From Acaryochloris marina S15 (GTDB taxonomy: Bacteria; Cyanobacteriota; Cyanobacteriia; Thermosynechococcales; Thermosynechococcaceae), in assembly GCF_018336915.1 (NCBI RefSeq), contig NZ_CP064923.1, positions 2,910,001 through 2,942,000 of the forward strand: a stretch of 32,000 nucleotides of DNA. The letters are read 5' to 3'. Positions 1-7,856 of this stretch are shown piece by piece. Position numbers and translations under genes: made by a program. How positions within the stretch are numbered: position 1 is the first letter of the stretch; each line of letters begins with the position of its first letter. The notes under the pieces are model-generated. The model was given only the letters and a program-made list of their open reading frames with translations, searched no databases and was not told the origin of the DNA.

Positions 1-3000
1 AGGGCGTTCGCCCAACTTGCAGAGTATGGGCAATATCAGCCAGATTCACAGAGGTATCGGCCTGGAGAAACTGCCGTAAATTGCTCGATGCTTGCTCTAA
101 AGCAGTGGCCGTCTTCGCGGACAGTAACAAGAGTTGATAGGGGTGCGAGGGACCCGATGCATTGAATTTCGGTGGCTCTTCTAAGACCACATGGGCATTG
201 GTGCCCCCCACCCCAAAAGAGCTGACCCCCGCTCGTCGTGGGGTTTCCTGAAGGGGCCACGCCGTCTGTTGGGTATTGACGAAAAAGGGGCTATTTTCAA
301 AGTCTATCTGGGGATTGGGGGTGGTATATCCCAAGCTGGGGGGCAATGTTTTGTGGTAGAGCGCGAGAGCAGTTTTGATCAATCCAGCAATCCCTGCCGC
401 TGCCACCGTATGGCCAATATTGCCCTTCACCGACCCAATTGCACAAAACTGTCGCTTAGATGTTGACCCTTGAAAAGCTTGCGTTAATGCTTCTACCTCA
501 ATGGGATCGCCCAGGGGAGTCGCTGTGCCATGGGCTTCGATATAATCAATGGACTCTGGATCAAATCCAGCTTCCGCCTGGGCCTGAAGAATGGCTCCAG
601 CCTGCCCTTTAACGCTAGGAGCTGTAAAACTGACCTTATCGGCTCCGTCATTATTGATGCCTACCCCTTTGAGGACGGCATAAATTCGATCGCCCTCTTC
701 TAAGGCATCGGCTAAGCGCTTCAGAACCACTAGGCCAGCACCACTGTTGAATGTGGTGCCTTTGGCCTCCGCATCAAAGGGACGGCAATGGCCATCGGGG
801 GATAAGATCCCTTCTTCTTGGTATAAGTAGCCGATATTCTGAGGGGTGGAAATCGAGATCCCCCCAGCCAACGCCAAATCACAATCGCCCTTTAATAGTC
901 CTTGATAAGCCTGAATCGTCGCCACGAGGGATGTCGAGCAGGCCGTACTAACACTGACACTAGGACCCGTCAGATTTAATTTGTAGGAGGCACGGGTAGG
1001 GACAAAGTCTTTTTCATTCGCCAACATCGTCTGGAACGCCCCCAAACGGTTCACAATCTCAGGGCGTCCACATAAATGCCGCTCAAAATAGGTATTTTGA
1101 CCAGACCCTGCGTACAATCCAATTTTTCCGGCGTACTGGTTAGGCGCATAACCAGAATTTTCTAAGGCTTCCTGGGCGAGTTCTAACAACAGTCGCGCCT
1201 GGGGATCCATAATTTCAGCTTGGCGGGGACTGATACCAAAAAAGGCGGCATCAAACCCCTCAGCTCCGTCGACTACGCCTTTCGCTCGAACATAGTTCGG
1301 ATCAGTCCGCAGATCTGCATCGACACTGGGGTCAATTTGATCCACGTCAAAAAAGGTAATCGACTCCTTACCGTTGCAGAGATTAGACCAAAACGCATCG
1401 ATATTTTGCGCTCCAGGGAAGCGACCCACCATTCCAACAATGGCGATACCCGCTTCAGGTTGTGAGGGCTGGGGGGATATCGAAGGACGAGGGGCGGTCT
1501 GAGTGGGATAGGATTGGGTGAGATATTGGGCCAGTCCTCGAATCGTTGGATATTCGTATAGCTTAACGGCCCGCAACGGCTGTCCCAACTCCGTCGATAA
1601 ACGCGATGCCACCTGTAAGCTCAGAATTGAGGTGCCACCAACATCAAAGAAATTATCGTCTGTGCCAACTTGCTCCAGTCCTAAAATGTCACACCACAAG
1701 TCAGATAGGCGTTTTTCTAGGGTTGTCCGAGGAGCCACTGCGTTAGTCACGGTTGTATGGGATTTAGGTAAATTCCGTTTATCGACCTTGCCATTGGGCG
1801 TCAGTGGAATGGCATCGAGCCCGATCAGAGTTGCAGGCACCATGTATTCGGGCAATCGTTGCTTCAAGTCCTGCTTGATGGTGTCTAGATCTAACGTCAT
1901 CCCTCGGGCAGCAGTCACATAACCTACAAGCTGCTTATGGGTAGGAGGGTCTTCCTCTACGATTGCGATCGCATCTTGAATCGCATCATGTTGGCGCAAT
2001 GCACTTTCAATTTCACCCAACTCAATTCGATAGCCGCGAATTTTGACTTGATGATCGACTCGACCGATAAATTCAATATTGCCATCAGCTAAATATCGAA
2101 CTTGATCGCCTGTTCTATAGAGTTTTGACGTTGGATCATCACTAAACGGGTTCTGAATAAACCGATCTTCAGTGAGGTTTGGGCGGTTGATATATTCTTT
2201 CGCTAAACCATCACCCCCAACATAGAGTTCTCCAGGTAGGCCAAACGGCACGAGGCGAAGAGCGGCATCCAAGATATACACTTGGGTATTGCCAATCGGT
2301 CGACCAATCGGGATAGACCCGAGGGTATCAGGCAACTCCTTGGGAATCCGATAGCAACAGGTAAAGGTTGTATTTTCCGTTGGACCGTATCCATTGATGA
2401 ATTGGGTTTGGGGCAGTCGTTGTTGAGCCAATCGAATATGAGGAACAGACAGTGCTTCTCCCCCGGTTAAAACTTCCAGAACACCTTGTAGCGCTTGGGG
2501 ACATTCAGCCACCACCATATTAAAGAGAGAGGCCGTTAGCCAAAGGCTCGTCACTTGAGTCTCTGCAATGACCGACTGCAGATCATTCAAATCTGGCAGA
2601 CCATTGTGGGGGAAGAGGACACAACGCCCCCCGTGCAATAAGGCACCCCATATCTCTAGGGTGGCAGCATCAAACGAAATGGGGGCCAACTGTAACCAAG
2701 TTTTATCCGATCCAAATTGGGCGTAATCATTCCCAAAGACCAGGTGCAACACTGCTCGATGGGGCACGGCAACCCCCTTTGGTTTGCCCGTCGAACCTGA
2801 CGTGTAATTTATATAGGCAATTGCCTCACCATCTTGTTCAACTGAAACAGGTTCCTGCTCAACTAAGTCCTGTCCCCATCCAGGGTGTAAGCAGATGACA
2901 GTGGCTTGATGAGGGGGTAAATAGGGCACCAGATGCTGTTGCGTCAATATCAAGGGCGCTTGAGTATCCGTCAGCATCCAATCTAATCGTTCCCCAGGAT

Positions 3001-4051
3001 ACGTCGGATCCAGAGGAACATATACCCCGCCAGCTTTGAGAATGCCCACCAAAGCTACTAACATCTCAATGGAACGCTCCATCATAACGGCGACGTAAGT
3101 ACCGGGTTGGATGCCTTGCTGTAGGAGTAAATGCGCTAAACCATTGGCGCGGTGATTCAGTTCGCCATAGGTGAGTTGCTGATGCGATCGCAACTCTAAA
3201 TCAGGCAGGATGACAGCAATATTGGTCGCCATCTGCATAGCTCGCTGCTCAAGAACCTGCGGAATCGTTAAGTTCGGGTATTCAATTGCGGTCTGGTTTA
3301 ACTCAAAAAGTAATTTATGGCGTTCATAATCTGAGATAAACACCAGTTGTTTTAAAGGGTGATGAATGGCAGTACAAAAGTGTTTGAGCCAATGCTCACA
3401 TAAAGCAGGCAGAGTGCTAAATTTCTCGTTTATATGCCTTTGGTCATTAAAGCTAATAGCAAGTTCAATATTTTCAGATATAGTAATATGAAGATGAAGC
3501 GATAGATCAGAGAAACTTTGTTGAAAGCTTAGATTAGAGTCATGATCAAAAGAAGCATATTCAACAGAAAGAAAAGCATTAAATAGAGGTAAGTGATCAC
3601 TCCAGTTAGACCATTGCTTAATATCTTCAAGAGAGGCTTTCCGATATGCGTTGGATTGGAACCATTGATCAGATATTGTCTTAACCCAGTTAAGAATAGT
3701 TTGATTCTGATCGATACAGACATAAATAGGTAGAGGTTTAGTTTGTGAATGGAGTAAACTGCCTTTTGAGTACTCACAGCATCCAAAAACAACATTCATG
3801 TCGCCACTGTATGTGGAAACCAAGCTAGCGGTCATCCCTTGAAATATAGTCAATAAATTAAGCTGATATCTCTCGCAAACCTGAATAAGATTACTTGTAG
3901 TATCTTTTGATAATTTTAGTTTTAAAAGACTATTTCTCTTGCTATTTTTGGTGTGTATATTGTAGCCCTTCTGAGAGCCCAGGCAGTTAGGCTTGGATAT
4001 ATTCGAAAGAGTATTCTTCCAATAGTATTCAATAGAGGTACAGGCTAGCAT
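1..4051 (-). CDS. Hybrid NRPS-PKS megasynthase, 5' portion (C-terminal half of a condensation domain, adenylation, PCP, ketosynthase, KS-AT linker); 3' end runs off the left edge
   Basis: The ORF track omits this gene because the frame has no stop in the window. The minus-strand frame is open from ATG 4051-4049 to position 1, with an in-frame TAA at 4063-4061 just upstream. The translation shows these motifs. C-domain late part: YYWKNTL...LPLFNAFLSVEY. A domain: IAYINYTSGSTGKPKGV (~2766-2826), FDAATLEIW, NGYGPTENT, YRTGDQVRY, GRVDHQVKIRGYRIELGEIE, PNGKVDKRNLP (~1780-1805). PCP: FFDVGGTSIL (Ser codon 1628-1630). KS: IAIVGMVGRFPGA, TACSTS (Cys codon 938-940), EAHGTATPLGDPIE, GSVKGNIGHT. Linker: PYQLLLLSAKTATALE. 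The short plus-strand ORFs listed here are antisense shadows. Confidence 0.9.
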   Translation of the reverse strand, partial: MLACTSIEYYWKNTLSNISKPNCLGSQKGYNIHTKNSKRNSLLKLKLSKDTTSNLIQVCERYQLNLLTIFQGMTASLVSTYSGDMNVVFGCCEYSKGSLLHSQTKPLPIYVCIDQNQTILNWVKTISDQWFQSNAYRKASLEDIKQWSNWSDHLPLFNAFLSVEYASFDHDSNLSFQQSFSDLSLHLHITISENIELAISFNDQRHINEKFSTLPALCEHWLKHFCTAIHHPLKQLVFISDYERHKLLFELNQTAIEYPNLTIPQVLEQRAMQMATNIAVILPDLELRSHQQLTYGELNHRANGLAHLLLQQGIQPGTYVAVMMERSIEMLVALVGILKAGGVYVPLDPTYPGERLDWMLTDTQAPLILTQQHLVPYLPPHQATVICLHPGWGQDLVEQEPVSVEQDGEAIAYINYTSGSTGKPKGVAVPHRAVLHLVFGNDYAQFGSDKTWLQLAPISFDAATLEIWGALLHGGRCVLFPHNGLPDLNDLQSVIAETQVTSLWLTASLFNMVVAECPQALQGVLEVLTGGEALSVPHIRLAQQRLPQTQFINGYGPTENTTFTCCYRIPKELPDTLGSIPIGRPIGNTQVYILDAALRLVPFGLPGELYVGGDGLAKEYINRPNLTEDRFIQNPFSDDPTSKLYRTGDQVRYLADGNIEFIGRVDHQVKIRGYRIELGEIESALRQHDAIQDAIAIVEEDPPTHKQLVGYVTAARGMTLDLDTIKQDLKQRLPEYMVPATLIGLDAIPLTPNGKVDKRNLPKSHTTVTNAVAPRTTLEKRLSDLWCDILGLEQVGTDDNFFDVGGTSILSLQVASRLSTELGQPLRAVKLYEYPTIRGLAQYLTQSYPTQTAPRPSISPQPSQPEAGIAIVGMVGRFPGAQNIDAFWSNLCNGKESITFFDVDQIDPSVDADLRTDPNYVRAKGVVDGAEGFDAAFFGISPRQAEIMDPQARLLLELAQEALENSGYAPNQYAGKIGLYAGSGQNTYFERHLCGRPEIVNRLGAFQTMLANEKDFVPTRASYKLNLTGPSVSVSTACSTSLVATIQAYQGLLKGDCDLALAGGISISTPQNIGYLYQEEGILSPDGHCRPFDAEAKGTTFNSGAGLVVLKRLADALEEGDRIYAVLKGVGINNDGADKVSFTAPSVKGQAGAILQAQAEAGFDPESIDYIEAHGTATPLGDPIEVEALTQAFQGSTSKRQFCAIGSVKGNIGHTVAAAGIAGLIKTALALYHKTLPPSLGYTTPNPQIDFENSPFFVNTQQTAWPLQETPRRAGVSSFGVGGTNAHVVLEEPPKFNASGPSHPYQLLLLSAKTATALEQASSNLRQFLQADTSVNLADIAHTLQVGRTP

Positions 4052-4280
4052 TTGATTCAATTAGCTTCTAGACGAGAGGGAATAAATTCAAGGTTTTTAT
4101 ATTTTATTCTATGAAGCAATATTAAATCTAATAAGAATCACAAATTCTATGGCTTTGAGGCTGAGGTTAAAAAAATTGGATAATATTCTGCCTATTTGTT
4201 TGCAAGTATAGGGCTGGAATAGGATGTATCTGTTTAAGATAAATTAAACCATTACTTTTTAGTTCTATCAGTTATGTTGT

Positions 4281-5100
4281 TCAGTCAATAAAACCTTTAG
4301 AGATAGCAAAAAGAGAGTTAGACCATAACTGTTTGAATGCTAGAAGTAGAAAAACTGGAATAGTAGTGAAATAATGTTTCCAAAGCCTTTGTGGCTCTTG
4401 GACTAAGCGGAATAACCATTCTAGGCCTAGCTTCCTTAACCAACGCGGAGCTCTTTTGTGAATACCTGCATATACAGGAAAACTCCTCCAAGACCAATCA
4501 TCACGGCATTTATTTGATGCTTATGAGCAGTCATCCACTGTTCTTGCTTGGGACAGCCTAATGCAACCATTAATTACCCTGCACCACTATTATTGATTCG
4601 CTGGACTAAATGTTGATCTTCGACCTTAGTTAAAGGTCGAAAGGGTAGAGGTTCCATTGCTGCAATGTATAAGTTGGGATAATTTTTCAGCAACTTCAAC
4701 CGCATTCTTGTCAAAATAGAAAGTGTCGCCCCAAGAAAGTAAATTCCAACATTCTGTTCAGAAGCTTTTTTGATAAACCAAGCATTAGATCTAAGCCAGC
4801 GATCCTATCCTATGTATGAATGCCCAACAACTTCAACATCCAAACCAAGGGCATACCGTCAGAAGTAACCATGTCAGCATTCTCTAATACCTGCCAAAAA
4901 GGACGATGACGATAGGCCTTAACGAGCATGTGTATATTGGCAACATAGACAAACCGACTTAAATGCTTCCGAGCCCAGAGCATAATGGATTGAATTTGGA
5001 TGTCAAAAGGAGCAGCAGTGACTGGAATGCCAATAACATCTATAAAATGAGATTTTTCTTTAATGGAAATGGGGTGTACTGGGTAGGCATAACGTAGCAT
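4281..5100 (-). pseudogene. WecB/TagA/CpsF-family glycosyltransferase, inactivated by nonsense and frameshift lesions
   Basis: The 96-aa ORF at 4810-5100 (…VYVANIHMLVKAYRHRPFWQVLENADMVTSDGMPLVWMLKLLG) looks like the N-terminus of this family. After an in-frame TAG (4810-4812) the same frame continues as DRIAGLDLMLGLSKKLLNRMLEFTFLG. A frameshift near 4740 leads to ATLSILTRMRLKLLKNYPNLYIAAMEPLPF…VQRINNSGAG. An in-frame TAA (4574-4576) precedes LMVALGCPKQEQWMTAHKHQINAVMIGLGG. Another frameshift near 4475 leads to PVYAGIHKRAPRWLRKLGLEWLFRLVQEPQRLWKHY, ending at the stop at 4281-4283. Confidence 0.65.
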
Positions 5101-5179
5101 TAGGCTTATTTAAAGATAAATTTATAAGACATGCAAATTTAGACTCAAAGGAATTGAGTATTTAAATTTAAATTTATGA

Positions 5180-5332
5180 CTACTGACTTTTAATAGCTTC
5201 TTTCTGTTCAATTATTTCCAGGATGGATTCAATTTGTTGCGGAGAATAGTCAGTTAATTCGGAAATCCAGTGTTTTAGTAATTTAGTCGTTGGGTGGAGT
5301 GGGTAAATGGACTTTTCAGCCTTTTTGACCAT
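5180..5332 (-). CDS. Hypothetical small protein (50 aa), below the ORF-track size cutoff
   Basis: ATG at 5332-5330, TAG at 5182-5180. Translation: MVKKAEKSIYPLHPTTKLLKHWISELTDYSPQQIESILEIIEQKEAIKSQ. It has the same orientation as its neighbours and no recognisable family, so it may not be expressed. Confidence 0.2.
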   Translation of the reverse strand: MVKKAEKSIYPLHPTTKLLKHWISELTDYSPQQIESILEIIEQKEAIKSQ

Positions 5333-5385
5333 AAGCTAAAACTAACTCCTTTTTTAGTCAGTGAATGTTTTAGGAAAATTTGTTC

Positions 5386-6759
5386 TTATACCCCTTGAGC
5401 AAATAAAACGACTCGAATTGTTTTGAGAATAATTAAAATATCAAGAAATAAAGAATGATTCTTGATATAGAAGAGATCATATGCAACTTTATTTGCTGAA
5501 TCTTCTAAGGTATTTCCGTAACCAAATTTGACTTGAGACCACCCTGTGACACCAGGTTTGACTAAATATCGGAAATGATAATAAGGAATTTCTTTTACAA
5601 GAACATCATCAAACTCTGGGCGTTCAGGTCGTGGACCAATAAGGCTCATCTCACCATTGAGAATGTTCCATAGTTGTGGGATTTCATCAATCCTTATTTT
5701 TCGAATGATTCTTCCGATTCGGGTAATACGTCGATCGCCAACAGTAGCCCATTTCGCCCCATGCTTTTCTGAATCAGTGTACATAGAGCGGAATTTATAA
5801 ATTTTGTAGGGTTTACCGTGATGTCCTTTTCGAGTCTGTGAATAAAGTAGTGGCCCTGGACTATCAAGTTTGATAGCTATGGTTACTAGCAGTAATAAAG
5901 GAAATGTGAGGATGAGTAAGCTAAGTGCAAAAAGTGAATCAAAAAATCTTTTGATATGAGAGTACATATGTCCACTAACTAAGCTGAAACCTTCTGAGTA
6001 AGCGAACCAAGAGGGACGTACCATCTCAGGTGGAATTTTTTGTAGATAATGCTCGCAAAAGTCACCAAATCGATAAACTTCTTTGCCACTAAATCGCGCC
6101 TGAATCAGATCATCGTGCAGACACTGAGGAATATCACATTCTGCATCATCAATTAAAATACCTGACCAAGGTTTAGAAAAAATCAATCCTGTTTTGGTAT
6201 AAGAACTCGCATTTCTCTCAGAAGGATATTTGATGAGATCTTCGAAATAACCATTAAGGTAAAATAAATTCCTTGAATCAAAAGCATGATTATCAGAAGC
6301 AAACCTAAGTAGCTTATTCTTATCACCTAAAACTAACCACTTTTTTCGTAGTGAGTTTTTACTTTCACTTTTGTTTAATAAGTATCGATACCCCAAAGAC
6401 CAAGCCGTGAATATTATTGAACTCAGCAATAATATTCCTCGACCAACCATTGGATCCATTTTCCATAAGCCACAAAATTGAATGAATGCGGTCAGTAGCC
6501 ATACGGTCAAAGCGATAGACTTAAAAACGTGGTTTGCAGAATGAAATCGACTTTCTGTGACTTTCAGTCGATAAACATCCAGCGCATAAAAGACAATAAG
6601 ATAAGTTAAAATAACCAACCAGAATACTGGAGAACTCCAGTTAGGTGTTTTGCTGTCAAATCGAATCAAAAAAGCTAAGTAAAAACTTGTAATAAGTCCA
6701 ATAATATCAAGTGCAAGGAAATAGAGAACGGTTCGGTAAGGTGATGTTTGGGAAGTCAT
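5386..6759 (-). CDS. Polyprenyl-phosphate glycosyl-1-phosphate transferase (bacterial sugar transferase family, WbaP/EpsL-like initiating enzyme)
   Basis: 457 aa with an N-terminal multi-TM region. The C-terminal catalytic domain carries family hallmarks: KRFFDSLFALSLLILTFPLLLLVTIAIKLDSPGPLLYSQTRKGHHGKPYKIYKFRSM…DEIPQLWNILNGEMSLIGPRPERPEF…KPGVTGWSQV. Confidence 0.9.
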   Translation of the reverse strand: MTSQTSPYRTVLYFLALDIIGLITSFYLAFLIRFDSKTPNWSSPVFWLVILTYLIVFYALDVYRLKVTESRFHSANHVFKSIALTVWLLTAFIQFCGLWKMDPMVGRGILLLSSIIFTAWSLGYRYLLNKSESKNSLRKKWLVLGDKNKLLRFASDNHAFDSRNLFYLNGYFEDLIKYPSERNASSYTKTGLIFSKPWSGILIDDAECDIPQCLHDDLIQARFSGKEVYRFGDFCEHYLQKIPPEMVRPSWFAYSEGFSLVSGHMYSHIKRFFDSLFALSLLILTFPLLLLVTIAIKLDSPGPLLYSQTRKGHHGKPYKIYKFRSMYTDSEKHGAKWATVGDRRITRIGRIIRKIRIDEIPQLWNILNGEMSLIGPRPERPEFDDVLVKEIPYYHFRYLVKPGVTGWSQVKFGYGNTLEDSANKVAYDLFYIKNHSLFLDILIILKTIRVVLFAQGV

Positions 6760-7080
6760 TTCTTTGTTTTAAGGGAACACTAAGATTCTGCTATAGAGGT
6801 TTGCAAAATTATAGAAACATTAAGTTCTTTCCTAAGGAGATTTTAAGCTAATTAGGTGATTCCATAGTTATGTAATCTGCTATATCAAACTGGGATATAT
6901 CTGAACGGACTGACTGTTATTCAGTAGCTTAATCTGAAATCTGAATTTTCATATTATCTCCCATAACCCTTCAGTATTGATACTTTTATCGAATAAGCCT
7001 ATACGTATTTCCCATATTTTTCGAAATAGTAGAGTGCAAATGCGAATACTCTACAAAACAGTGAGAGTTTTAAAAAGTAT

Positions 7081-7180
7081 TATAGCGATCTGATGTGAGA
7101 ATTATATTCAACCTAAATGGATACTGGTAAAGATTTCAGCCTCTCTACATCTCACGATTGATTTCAGATTGCTATAGATA
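7081..7180 (+). repeat. MITE-like / structured ~100-nt element, copy 1 (second copy at 18259-18365)
   Basis: The termini are inverted repeats: TATAGCGATCTGA … TCAGATTGCTATA (12/13 complementary). An inner pair, GTGAGA … TCTCAC, adds to the stem. The 3' 67 nt (taaatggatactgg…gattgctatagata) are identical to copy 2. Confidence 0.7.
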
Positions 7181-7856
7181 GATAGAAATTCGATTTTGGC
7201 AAATTCTTAGCCTTAATAATGATTGTTTTTGGAAAACCTCACAAGCCCTTCAGAATGAGAACATTAGCGATTTATATGGTGTTACGCTTTGTTCTTCCTT
7301 AAGAATTGCTGTAAGTACTCCCGAGTCAAGATATGAGAAACTTCTAGTAGAGCCTCATAAGTAACGCAGGCTAAGCATTCTGCAGCCTTTGCCAAATAAG
7401 CTTTTAAGATCTATCGGGAAAAGTCAGTAGTTGAAATCAATAAAAAGTATCTAAACTATATTGATTGATGTGGCGGCAGATAAAAATTTTATATTTCTAA
7501 TTCACATTAGAAATAGAGAAGAAATTATTCTGAGAAAGCTCTAATTAATTGTTGAGATAAACGAGAGTTTTTCATAGTGCAAAGTAAGTCTATACGTCTA
7601 AAGCAAACCCAATACCAAAATCCTAAAAAGAGGAATTTTCAGAACTTATCACTTGCACGTCTTGAGATAATCAATAATATTTGATTAACTTCAGTTTAAC
7701 TATAGGTTAATTTTAGCATATATTAGGATTTTATCTACTCAATATGATGTATCTTACAATTTTTTACACTATATTTTTCTAGTATAGAAATACATTTTTT
7801 TGGAGCTACACTGACTCACAACATTAATTGTTAATTAATCTTGAATTCTTATTTTT

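Noticed and set aside
1790-3290. Attempt to read the A-domain specificity (Stachelhaus) code
   Set aside because: I could place D235/A236 (FDAATLEIW) and a few further positions. I cannot align the remaining pocket residues reliably by eye, so I make no substrate prediction.
36-3795. Short track ORFs inside 1-4051: 191-466, 751-951, 1220-1465, 1518-1922 and 2282-2470 on plus; 36-260, 2203-2394 and 3529-3795 on minus
   Set aside because: A single uninterrupted minus-strand frame across the whole interval encodes canonical C, A, PCP and KS motifs. The listed ORFs are antisense or off-frame shadows with no recognisable content.
4810-5100. The 96-aa ORF as a stand-alone gene
   Set aside because: It is only the N-terminal piece of a WecB/TagA-family frame. 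That frame continues past an in-frame TAG and further frameshifts, so I treated it as part of a pseudogene.
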